DNA of 39,144 nt from Utricularia gibba (Eukaryota; Plantae; Magnoliophyta), in NCBI GenBank assembly GCA_002189035.1, contig NEEC01000095.1, positions 1-39,144 on the forward strand, given 5' to 3'. Shown piece by piece: positions 10,627-22,323 of this stretch. The position numbers and the translations under genes were made by a program. The notes beneath the pieces are model-generated. The model saw only the letters and a list, made by a program, of their open reading frames with translations, did not search any database and was not told the DNA's origin. The stretch's first letter is position 1. Each line of letters opens with the position of its first letter.

Positions 10627-12506
10627 TTATGAAATGCTGCCCACCAAATGGACCAATGAATGCCTTAGGCTTGAAGGAGTTTCTGCCTTCGATGCATTTC
10701 CCTGCAAGAAGGAAAATATTGAAAGAGATAAAAGTTTTTTCAGATTTTATGCCTTTTGTTTTTATGTGTACAAACCTCTACTACGAGAAGGCACAGAGAT
10801 GATCCATTGCATGTGGTAACATTTGCATTTACAACGTTTATCCCTAAGCAATCCATGCCTTCCATCAATCTTGAAAAGCTCCCTCGTTTATGTCTACATA
10901 TTAGTTTAACCAAGTATGTTTTTGTCCCCAACTGGCTGACCTCAACTTGGACCTAGAAATGCCCGTTTTTAGACATGTTTGTGTGATGAAGAAAGATCGG
11001 AAGATCTAGCATAAGGTTACCTCTTCTGTTGTTGTTTGATCTTCCGTGCTTTTGATTCTTGTTAAGGCAGTGTTGAAGTTAATGGTATTCGGTGTAAAAT
11101 GATTTGTCCCTTCTTCTACTGCTTTGAGCTGTTCAAGATGAATCTTGATTGTTTGCTCCAGCTCCTTGATATAATTAGCTGCATCACCCAGCGTAGAGGC
11201 TCTGTCCATCTATTTGAGGAAAATTATGTGAAGGATTAAGGAGATGATATGTGGTTTCAACAAGTTGAAATTTTGGAACCTTGGAAATCTTCGGCACTAG
11301 AGCACGAAGAGCAAGCATCCCATCATTGATCCGTTTTCGTCGGTTTCTCTCTGTCATGAGATTTTTCGACTTATATGGTCCCTTCTCAAATCGGCGCTTG
11401 ATCCTTGAATTATCATCATTCCTGTTTGGATATGTTTCTTCACTCTTGCCTTTTGATGAATCTGCATATTCTTCACAGCCTGATTTTGCAGGCAAAGATG
11501 AGGGGCTATCAATGCTGTGATTGGGAACTAGCTTAAGCAACAGATGGTCAGATGATAAACCAGAACAAGCTGGTGAGTCTTCGAGACTGGAGTAGTTTCT
11601 CTGCTTATAAGACAAATTGCAGAGCAATGACGAGGGAATCCTCTTTTCTTGATCTTCAGGTATCATGTTTTCTTGTGCAGGTGAGAAAGCGAAGGCATTC
11701 GTAATACAGGCTATCATATTTTCATCTTTTGGAACCTAGAGATTTCACATTGGTTATCTATGAAATAAATGAAGCTAGTACTTCGAATTGTATCATGAGA
11801 TGCGGTCGTCTTACACGTTTTGTGCTGTAGAGTTCTATCAGGCCACCGGGTACTGGAATGAGGACTTGGGTTCCATGTGTCTCCTGAATGAAGGAGCATT
11901 TAGAAGAGAACTGTGAAAAATAAATCAAGAGAAGGTAAGCACATTTTGTTGCTGCTTACGTTTCCTGAACACCACCTTGGCTGCTTTGATATGACTACAT
12001 CTCCATGAACCCTGGTTGAGAATTTAACCGTTCAAGTAAATCTTTACTTTTCAAAAATCTGAATAACAACCTTCCCTGCTTTCTACCGAAGGCTATAGAT
12101 GTCTATGGTGCATGCATATGTATGTTTTGGAACTGGTTTTCTTTTTACCCGGAGTACAAGGGAATAGCAGGTGGTAACTGGGAAAGTTTCTCGCAGGCCT
12201 GAGTTGTCATTAAATGCTTAACCGTGCCATCCTTGCATTCAGCAATTTTGTGCTTCTCAGGTAAATTCTCATCTTTCGTTCGAACGCTTCCACCGTTACA
12301 CAGACATGCACTCCACTCTATAAACCTGCAAAAAAAAAAAAAAAAAAAAATTGACGCAGATGAAGAACACCATGAAAGGGAAAGAAGAATTCATTTCTTC
12401 GGTAAAGGTTTATAAACCTGGAAGGATCGTCCCCGAGTTTCCACACGACGCAGTAAGCCCATGTCTTCCCGTTGACGAGAGCTCTCAGGATATCCCAAGG
12501 TGCCAT
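10627..12506 (-). CDS. bHLH090: bHLH090/AMS-like transcription factor (MYC N-terminal domain, bHLH, C-terminal ACT-like domain); exons 12506-12418, 12325-12149, 12011-11960, 11883-11815, 11735-11280, 11209-11021, 10952-10776, 10701-10627
   Basis: WAYCVVWKLGDDPSRFIEW and TQVLIPVPGGLIELYS in the N-terminal domain. Basic helix-loop-helix KSKNLMTERNRRKRINDGMLALRALVPKISK|MDRASTLGDAANYIKEL. Seven phase-consistent GT-AG introns. Confidence 0.88.
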
Positions 12507-13822
12507 TCCCTTTGTACATAAACCTTGAATGGCATCTTCTTTTATCCTTACAGTGGATCCATTTTTTTGAACTGCGAAAGCGTAACAAACTTGGCAGTTC
12601 TTCCTTATCTCATCATCGAACCCAGAGTATCTGATTCTCTGTCTGCTTATCCAGTAAACTGTAACAGAAACTTCGTTGCTGATCTATGGTACTTGAATAA
12701 AGCTTGCTCACTGCTTCGTTCTTTAGCATAAAGCAATTTCAGAGGTAACTGCTTGACCAACAATGGTTCCAAAGGTGTAACCGCTAGCGGACCGGACCAA
12801 CTTGGAAATGATGACTTTCTACTGCAGGAAAGATGGTGATCCACATAGGGCAAGGAGATGCAGGACAACAGGAAAGACAAGAACTTTGACCCCGGTAACT
12901 CATATTTCATCCAAGCCTATGTTTTTTCCGGCACCCACCTCTTCATTTTGACAGATGGTTTATCATCTGCATTTTTTATTGAATAAACACTGCATTTCAT
13001 TCCCTGTTACAGTCTTTCTGTGTGATTAGGTTAGAGGGTTTGATTTATGGAAATCCAAGATCTGATACTTCAATTTAAAATAATTTTATTTCTGAAATTC
13101 TGAAGATAGCACTGAATATGGCCAAACTTCGTTGTCCCATTCTCTTGACAGATGGCGGCCAAGAAACATGGATGCAGCCACTGAAGATGAAGATTGGCGG
13201 CACGCATCTCCTCTACTTAGAAACTCCTCATAGACGCGACCTCTAAGCGCAATTTTCGCATTCATCCTGCAAACGAAGCGACGTCTCATTTCCAGGTAGG
13301 AATCTTTTTGTTTGTAGCTGTTAAATGCGAATCAGACTGGCACGCTGGGACGGGCCTTGCCGCTAAACTAGCATTGACTTCTTTCGTTCTTTCTTTCTTC
13401 CGATGTTTCAATCATCTTTTTTCCGCTGGGAAAGTTCAATTCGACGCATAGGTGTACTTCTTAGGAGATTATCCTCTAGGAATTGTGTGATCCCTTGAGT
13501 GAAAGCGTCTGATTATGGGCGAGTGTTAGTTTTTCATTCTTCAGCCCTAATCTTTGGCAGCGATCTTTTGTTGAAGTTCATATGTTGTTTCAATTATCCT
13601 TGATGCAATTTCTGTCGCTACTTATACTGCCTGTGTTACCCAGTTCAAGATGTTTTCACGGCTACTCTGGAAGCAACTTTAGTCCTTGGTCTGTACACTT
13701 GGTTTATCTGAAACACTTCTAATTCTTAAATTTGCTTGTCACTTTCTCATGGAAAAGCTTGTTGAATGTGTGATTCTGATGGAATTAACCCTTCGTGCTC
13801 CTCTCAGGTTCCCAGATTAACG

Positions 13823-14609
13823 ATGGCTGGTGAACACAAAGTCGTCTATCACGAGAGGCAAAAGCTACAATTCTGCCTGTTGCATACCCTCAACAACTTA
13901 TTCCAGGTAGGATTTCCTGACCACTAATTGCGCATGATAACCCCTTCAGACTCCTCTTCTTGTCCTTGTGTTTATTTCTGCAAACTGAGGCAGTCACCAT
14001 TGTTCATGGACTTTGAGGAAATCCTCACTCCTTTATTTGTGATATAAATTGTTGATCAAAGAGATATTTTCCGTTCACAGGGTCATTTTTTCTTCAACCC
14101 CAAACATCTGAAATTGATCAGTGTATTTGGTGATTCAGGAGAATGGTGCATTCACTCGGTCAAGTCTGAATGATATTTCCATCAAGCTTGATCACGAGAG
14201 CCCGAGCGAAGCTACTTGGAACCCGGTGTCCCTCATTTTTAAACCCCATCACAATGAGCTCACAGGGAATTATGATGTCAATGTCCTCATCGCTGCAGTC
14301 CAAGGGAGAGGTAAATCTGTGACTTGGCATGATAAGCGGGTTGGTTGTTCGTCTATAAATCTCGAAGACGAGAAGGATAGCAAATTATTTGGCATTGTTC
14401 TCAATGTCCTCGTGAGGAGATACAGAGGCCTTTGGAAAGGGAGGCACTGGATCGCCTTGAGGAAAATTGGCTCATTTTGGTACAATTTAGATAGCGACTT
14501 GTCTGATCCTCGACCATTCGAGAACACAGAGGAGCTTCGGGAATTCCTGGATGGCATTTTGTACTCAGGCGGCGAAATCTTCCTCATCATGAATCAAACA
14601 TTGAGTTGA
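13823..14609 (+). CDS. JOSL: Josephin-like deubiquitinase; exons 13823-13906 and 14139-14609
   Basis: YHERQKLQFCLLHTLNNLFQ contains the catalytic Cys, RHWIALRK the His and WYNLDSDL the Asp. An upstream UTR donor lies at ~13296 and an acceptor at 13807. Confidence 0.92.
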
Positions 14610-14800
14610 GAGATCATATGGGACTCACTCTGTGTTCCTTCACTACTTGTGTTGCTACGAGAAATGTCTGTCTACTTGTATAAGCACCCGTGTCTAATCG
14701 GCAAACTTGTCAAGGCTGACACACTTTTGAAGCGTATCTACTGCCTGAGGACTTGTGCGGGCTGGGACTGACCCAACTTCACAGGGCGCGCTTAAATGAA

Positions 14801-15088
14801 ATATGGGCCCCATATTTAATACGGGCTTAAGGGCCGGTAATCGTACGATGGGGCCCAATTTTATATGGGCTTATGGGCCGCATATGGCCTGATTCGCTGC
14901 ACTTGATACGGGCTTACGAACGGGCTGGACATGGTTCGATCGGCCCATATTTGATACGGGCTTACGGGCCGCACATGGTCCAACTGGCCGCATTTGATAT
15001 GGGCTTACGGGCAGGACATGGGTCGAGCGGCCCGCATTTGATAAGAGCTTACGGGTCGGGCATGGTTCGAGCGGCCTGGATTGATATG
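14801..15088. repeat. Degenerate tandem array, ~6-7 units of 43-48 bp with core TTGATAYGGGCTTACG
   Basis: GGGCTTA/GAGCTTA cores start at 14823, 14867, 14910, 14958, 15001 and 15045 (spacings 44, 43, 48, 43, 44). Confidence 0.9.
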
Positions 15089-15565
15089 CCAGCTGCTCCT
15101 ACTGTTCGCTCAAAGGCCATGTCGACCGTGTCTGTCCTCTAAAAAAATATCCTAAGTTTGGGGGGAGACCAATGATCCTATGGAAAAACTAGGTAATTCT
15201 CTGAATGATGTATCCCGAGTACTGTGTGATTGGTTGGCAGTGGCTGCAATCACCCCCTTACAAACAACAAAAGTGTATTCTCGCACATGGCTCTCAAATA
15301 AATTTATCGAGATTGCATATGAAAAGAAGATGCCTTTTGTGGCGCCCACCGACGAACGACTATAAATTTAACTAAATTTTTTCCTCAATTATTGTTTCTC
15401 AATGTTAAATAAATTCAAGGTTTAAGGTATTTCATTTTAAATTATAATATATTCTTTTTTAAAATACTAAAAAAAATATAGTAAAGGGTAAAAAAATAAC
15501 TGATCGTCGTCATCCTGGTGCAACTGTATGTACTGTACAAAGGTGACCTGAACGTATTGGTGCAG

Positions 15566-16739
15566 TCAACCTGAGGGAGGCATGAAGAAGTGGGGCTTCA
15601 ATCCAGCGACATTGAAATCCACCTCCTCCAGCTTCCACGTCTCCACGGACTCCCTCTTGTGATTCGCCGACTGCTCCCCGTACCTCATCACCGTAAACAC
15701 TGTCTTCCCGCCGTGCGCAATGTTCACCCCATCCACGTATTTGTACTCCTCGATCACCGACTCCGTGCTCGATTCCCAGAACACGTCTCCGTCCTCCTTG
15801 CTCGTTTTCACTGAAATTAGCCTCGAGTCGTCAAATCTCACCAGCAACCCAGATCGCTGGCTGAAGTATCCCCATATCGTGTGATGAATTATGTCGTATT
15901 TGGGGCCGCTTTGGGCTTCGCGCATGGCAGGGCTCGTTTCCAGTTTCAGGATGAAGCAATCTTCGTCGTTGATGATCTTTTCCCCGATGCAGACCGCATC
16001 GATGAACAGATTTGCGGTGGCGCGTGGATCCAGGCCTTGTAGGAAGCGGCGGAGGGAACGTGGGGGGCCTTTCGAAATGGGTCTTTGTTGATTGGAAGAC
16101 TGTCGCCATGAGATTCTGCCGTTGCTCCCGGAGATGACTTTGCAGCCGGCAATTAGAAACTCCAGGCACCACAGGTCCGGATTCTTCTGCCAGAGAACGA
16201 AACCTCCGGCGTCTTGATTACTTCGCACTTTCACGTTTTCGTTGCCCTGATGAAACTCGGATCCACTGATCTTCACACTTCCCACCACGCACATGGCATG
16301 GACGGCGTTCAGCGCCGGCTGTCCTCCCGTGGCTGCAATGTATTGTTGAACAATGTACTTCGCCGTTGAAGCTTCCTACACCCAAAATCGTCGCTAAATC
16401 GAAGCGACCGATGAGGCACAGACAGCAATTGGATTAAATGGAAGAACTTACAATGGATGAATTTCTGACAGGGCGTTGGATGCATCGATCAACTTGAATT
16501 TGAAAAGGCAGAACAGGGGAACCCACGATGTAGAGAATGAAACTCATCTCATTGTATCTACCAGCTATGATTGGCGATGACCATTTATCAGGGGTCTGCG
16601 CCTTCATCCACGTCGCCATGTTGTGCCAGCGAAGGGCTGCACTGTTGCCGAGACCGGCGAACATCTCCTCCGGTATGGGAATCTCCAGGACCGTTTCCAA
16701 GGCATCGTCCCGATCGAAATTCGGGCACATCATTCTCAT
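15566..16739 (-). CDS. DUF620 family protein; exons 16739-16452 and 16375-15566
   Basis: LETVLEIPIPEEMF, SSI|EASTAKYIVQQYIAATGG, GGFVLWQKNPDLWCLE, GLDPRATANLF, HHTIWGYFSQRSGLL and YKYVDGVNIAHGG. Both exons are multiples of 3. Confidence 0.92.
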
Positions 16740-17261
16740 GGTGTTCTTCTGTTTGAGTTTGGCATTGCCCTGAGAAGAGGAGTGCGCTTTCATCAGCCTC
16801 GCGTACAAGGAAATAGTGGTGGTATTTTTTTGTTGGGATGACAACAGGAAATGTGAGGGAGGTTCTGTGTGTGAAGATGGAAGAGGAGTTGGAAACCAAG
16901 CGACTACCGAAGCGTCAAGGGTGGAGTTGGTGGCACTTGGCAGATCCATTTTGTTCATATTTCCTATTCAGCAGGAACACCATCCACACAAAAAAGAAGT
17001 TGGAATTCCTTTTTTTTTTTGGAACACCATCCACTAGGGCCGGGTACGGTTTGTGGGCAGGATTAGAAAGCACAGCTTGCACCATGAAAACGGAGTAGCA
17101 AAAGAGACCACTTAGTCAGCATATGATCAAAAGACAAAACTGAATGTAGTGTTTGCTTCAGTGCCAATGATAGAAATCGTATAGAATAATAAAAGTTAAC
17201 TGCTGCGGGCCTTGGCTGGGAAACTCAGAGCATCCTGTCCCCTCAGGGTGTCCTTCTAGTT

Positions 17262-18780
17262 CTATTGTCCCTTGAGGATGCTGTCCCTGCAAGAACCAAT
17301 TCCAACACGTTTGACAGCACTGGAAGGTTCCTGAATATGAGGAAACAATACGAGTGTTTACCTTCCAATGTGGTCAAGAATGATGAGTCTGGGTCCAGGG
17401 GGTATGTTGACATCCCTCAGAGCACTGAGAACATGTTACACGAATTCGTTTCAAGGATACAATGAAGGTGTATGGAATTAGCAAGGGGCAATACTTACTT
17501 ATCGGTCAACAGTGGCAGGGTGGTGTCATCCAGCATCCCCTTTTTGAAATTCTTCTCGTACTTTTGCAAACCGAGGCTGCTCAGCATTGTTCTAGTTTTT
17601 ACGTAGTGCACATCTTCGACTGGTGGCTGAGAGAACTTCTGACCCAACTGCATTATTCACAGAGAGTAAACGACCATGAGGAACTCATTGGTTGTGGATA
17701 TCGCGATGAGGAAATAAGCATGGTGGTTAAAACCTACCTGGTAAATCCCACCTTGAACAAGTGCAAAGAAAAGGCCAGAGCTAGCAGCGTTCAGTGCAAC
17801 ATTGGGTCCTCCCATACCACTCACCAACGAAAACATGGCGCCTGAGCCAAAAGCTGCAGCCATGCTGGATAACCAAGTGACAGTCAGCAACAATATACAA
17901 AAAAAACAACAATTGAGATGAGCTGGAATCAAGCAAGAACCCCAACGGGAGTAGTTTTAGAAACGAAAGGCAGAATGTCATATAAATTTTTTCACTTTGA
18001 AATATCCATAAAATCCCTGAGGAAAGGGGCAGAATTGAAAATAGATGCATCAAATGCGTTAGACTCTAGCCTTCACCTTCATTTTTTATGTCAGTCTATG
18101 AACTGTTCGTTGAGGTGCTGTACCAAATCTGGTAATACTATGTTCTACGACATAAAAGCTTGTATCTTGATATTCGTACACACCGCAATTCAACAAACAA
18201 AAGCTAATTTTCAATGAAAATATAAGCTAGTATCGTCTTGAAAATGTAACAAACCTGGATTGAACGTCTTCCTTGCCTCTCAATCTTTTCAAGACACATG
18301 AAATACCAGCATTGGTACCCGTCATCACAGCAAAGTTGCGAGCTTGAATCAAAGGCCCTCCAGCAAGAGCCTGTTAACCAGCAAAACAAAAATAAGTCGG
18401 TAGAAACAACAACCCATCAAAGCTATGAACAACTAGCCCTCCAAAGAGTCGCGAAGATAAGGAAACACAGACCTTGGCTTGTTGAAGCGACGCAACAGCA
18501 TCCGGATTGAGACCCGCACCGTTAGGCGGGGGGTAAGCATCGAATTCATATCACCTGTGAGCGTTCCCATCAAACCACCAATCGCACCGCCTTGAAGAGC
18601 ACTTGTTGCTGTGACGACCGCCGCCTCAACAAACAAAGACTGCTTCGAAAGCCATACTCTGAATCCGTTCTCCAACTCCTTCAACTTGACCTGCACAAAT
18701 TCAATCGGGTTCTGATCTTGTTGACCGAAAACTCCACCGGACGGTTCAGCCGCAATAACCCCTTGCTTAGATTCCCCCAT
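17262..18780 (-). CDS. HP30-2: PRAT/Tim17-22 family protein with C-terminal SAM domain (HP30-2/TRIC type); exons 18780-18473, 18370-18255, 17864-17738, 17647-17499, 17424-17362, 17286-17262
   Basis: QNPIEFVQVKLKELENGFRVWLSKQ, GGPLIQARNFAVMTG and SAM domain LGLQKYEKNFKKGMLDDTTLPLLTD...IPPGPRLIILDHI. One C is missing in the run at 18528-18533. Confidence 0.9.
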
Positions 18781-19476
18781 ACTCGGAAGTGAAACGTAGC
18801 CGCTTTCTGCAGAATCAAGTGCTGCGGAGGGTTTGGCCACTTACCTCTGTGTGAGGTTTTATGAGACAGGGAGAAGAAACGGATAATACCCCTCGTAGCC
18901 TCTGCATTTCTGAAAACTTCAAATTCCCATTTTACCCTCCCCCTACAGGGCTTTTGCTTTTCATTTCTTAATGCCTTGCACGCCTATCGGGGGCCAATCC
19001 GAGATGCTGCATTTTCTTGATCAATTAATTAACCGTTATCGGGAAATTTTACAACCAAGTCGGAGTACGACAAAAGGTGGCCTTATTTCAACTTCACAGG
19101 GAAAAGTCGCATTTCATGGAGAGGTTTGCGAACGAGAGTGCTTTTGGCAAGGATGTACGCCCGGTATGCGGTTCAAAAAAAACATTGTGAAGGAGATTGA
19201 CTTCAGAAGCAGAAAGAGGGCAGTTCCACTTAGGGGCAGTGAAGGCTTCGTTTATCAGGGCAACTGAGCGGCAAGACTACTGACAAGAAGAGGTGATAAA
19301 ACACACGAATACGCCGTTGGGTGGCCACGAAAATCATAAAACCAGATGTGCATGTAACTCGAGAGTTTCAAATTTGATGATGATACATCAATCAAGAAAA
19401 CTCGTACTCCATGGAAGCTTAAAGATCCAAGCAGCATAACAACCAAAATACCAGATTAATGTAATTGCAGCAACTC

Positions 19477-20225
19477 CTAATCAAACAAGCTGAAGCCCAT
19501 GTCTTCATCACTCTCCTCCTTGGGCTCTTCCTGGAAAAGGAATCGGCAAAAGCAGATGTTAGTTCAATGCATATGCACAGCATACATCTTCAGTGATCCA
19601 CAAACAATTTAACAATGCACCTGCTGTTTAAAAAGGCTAAAAGCACAAACCCGATTCTTAAAACTCAAAAACACGAACCCCAGCTACGCAAAAATTACAG
19701 GCATAACAACAAGCATTGAGCCATCACAGGCATAACAACACGTTCTTGTATTTTCCAATAAAGGAGCCTATTAAATTATGCAATTCTAAAAAAAAACCGA
19801 TAACGTATGATGGAAGCCAATAAAGAAAGAATGCGGCATTCGAGAGAGTGCGTACTTTCTTCTCCTCAACGGCAGCGGCAGCGGGGCGGCCGCACCACCA
19901 GCGGCGGCACCACCGACAGGAGCGGCAACTGCAACTGCAGCACCGCCTCCACCGGCACCGACATTCAGGATAAGATCCTCAATGTTCCTTTTCTCGCAAA
20001 GCTTAGCGAAAAGGCTAGGCCAATACGACTCCACCGTCACATTAGCAGACTTCACAAGCGTAGCGATCTTCTCCGCCTACAACAGAAGGTCGAAACGTAA
20101 CCACAAAACACTCCAGATACCAAACTGCGTAGAAATCAAGAAAGAACAAAATATACCGTGATCGGGATGCCGTCATCGTGAAGAATCAAAGCAGCGTAGG
20201 TGCACGCCGTTTCGCCGATCGACAT
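19477..20225 (-). CDS. RPP1: 60S acidic ribosomal protein P1; exons 20225-20157, 20076-19856, 19530-19477
   Basis: [17 protein letters not shown]|[26 protein letters not shown], an Ala/Gly hinge and C-terminal [13 protein letters not shown]. One base is missing in the run at 19883-19886. Confidence 0.96.
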
Positions 20226-20285
20226 CTTCAATCTTGAATCAAGGATTTCGGTTCTTCGGCTGCGGCTCAGGAATCGGTGATTGCG

Positions 20286-20400
20286 TAGGGTTACACCACC
20301 ACAAACCGTATATATAATACCCAATGAGGCCCATGTCACGACCCCTGCAGTTGCCGGGTTTTCCATAACCCATCAGCCCAAATTAGAGAGGCCCAGCCCA
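20286..20400 (-). promoter_or_regulatory. RPP1 promoter: telo-box-like motif, TATA and site II (TCP) cluster
   Basis: TAGGGTTA 20286-20293, TATATATA ~20309, and GGCCCA/AGCCCA at 20328, 20375, 20390 and 20395. This is the usual plant ribosomal-protein promoter module. Confidence 0.65.
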
Positions 20401-22323
20401 CCATATAAACTTATCCATTTTTTACATATAAAGTTTTTTTGTTTTTAGATTACGTTTTACAAATAATTTAATTATAGTTTTATAAATTTAAAAGTATTTT
20501 CTTATTATTTTTTTTAAAAGAATCTCTGGAACTAGTGTGGTTGAAGCTTGATTATTGGGGATATGCAACCGCATTGATAGCGTGCTTGATGAATGGGTCG
20601 TTGAAGGCGCGCCCTTCTTCCTCATCTTCATCAATGATTCCTGTCAGTTGCGCCATCATCAATCACGCGTTTGCTCCCCGCGATCGCCCCCTGCGCGTCC
20701 CTCCACTTGACGATCGGCGGAGAAGCATCGAAACCTCCGCCTGATTTTCCACCCGCAGCCGCGGTTACGCAACCAGCTGAGTCTAAGATTCCGTCTTGAT
20801 CGTAGCGAGAATATATGCTTGGGCAATAATTAGTGCGAGTTGGTTGATTTCTAGGGCTCAGATCAGATCAGCCGGCCTGATGCGCACGCATACTCATCCC
20901 TGATTTGACCGAATGGTAAACCGAGACCCCACCCTCCTGCCTCCATTTCCTCAGGCCGCTCACCAAGCAAATACTGAATGCTCCCCATCTTTTGACTTTT
21001 CCAGTCTCCCCCATTCCGATTTCAAAATACCCCAACCAGTGGCGGTGCATGTAGGGGCAGCCACCCCCTCCCCCAGCTTCTTTTTAACATTGATTTTTAT
21101 TGTGATTAATTAACTTACGTTTAATAGTTAAAAATAAAATAAATAAATAAATAAATAAAGGAAGCGGATGGATAATATAACGTTTTTCGAGAGTTGACCG
21201 GCCCTATGAATTCAGCCCTTTAGGAAAGGGTACACGTACTTCCGCGTCGAGGTGAAGACGAGAATGCCCCTCCGTTTACTTTTATGTACTCGTTTTTTTT
21301 AGTTAATAAATTAATTTGTGGAGTCAACGTAGGGACAATTATTTGTTCTGCACTTCTTTATATCATTTATTGGAATTGAGACTATCATTTTTTAATAATT
21401 ATAATGATCCAAAAAAAGCCAGTGAAACATTTATTATACTCATTAGCAACATTTGGTGTGGAGCACAAAAGGGTATCGATAATTGTTTGGAAATGGTACC
21501 TTTTGTATTATAGTTCAATTAATAATTTATTTGAAATAAATGGAAAATATTAACATTTGTTGAGTTAAGAAAATTCAAATGAGATAAAAGACTTTTATAC
21601 ATCATCTCCAGGTAATTCTGGGTGTAGGGGATTTTTACATCTCGTGTTATTTAATAATTAAAGGCCAAGAAGAAGTGTGTTGTTGTGTTAGAATCAAACG
21701 AAGGCGTTGAAAATCAAATGTTAAAAAATTCATATGAACGGAGGAGAGAGGGGAAAGACTCTGGTTAGCGTGTTTAGGCTACCAGCCCCAGCCTGGAGAA
21801 TATTACGAGCAAATTCAAAGGGAAATCATCTTGTTTCTGGTTTCCTTTTGAAGGGGGAGGGGGAGAAGGGAAAAAAGAAAAAACCTCGGGGCCAGAGGAA
21901 TAAAATTTTTTGAAGAAAAAACAACGAAAGATCTTTTTTTTTTTTTTTTTGCTTCTCTGGAGTGAAGTGAAATTCCGGTTTTTTCATAAATCGGAGAATC
22001 ACGCATGTGGGTGGATGTCTTTGCGTCTGAGTGAGTTGAAAGATTCGTTTTTTTGGTCGTTTTTCAAAAGGGGTTATTTGTGATTGTTTGTCTGCTGAAG
22101 CAGAATCCGGCCCAGGTTGAGCACACCGGAATCCGCCTTGTTTTTTGTTTCCGTTGACCGCGTGGCGGATGACCGGAGTCTTGATATCCGGATGCACAGA
22201 GTCCGGAGAAGTTGGAGGTGGTGGTGTCTTGGATCTGATTCGTCTGTTGACTCGCGGATGAGTAGAGTTTGTTGAGTGGTTCTTGATCTGGTGCTTGATT
22301 TCGAATTACCTCTTAGTTAAGTA

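Noticed and set aside
13285-13912. Shared TTCCAGGTAGGA at two JOSL donor sites
   Set aside because: Largely the splice-donor consensus; a chance match is plausible.
14801-15088. CRISPR array interpretation, and ORF 14873-15142
   Set aside because: Spacers are homologous to each other, repeats are degenerate, there are no cas genes and the context is eukaryotic. The ORF is only the repeat read-through, and the unit lengths mostly break codon phase.
19697-19740. 15-nt direct repeat ACAGGCATAACAACA in RPP1 intron 2, and (AAAT)n at ~21135-21158
   Set aside because: Ordinary slippage-scale repeats.
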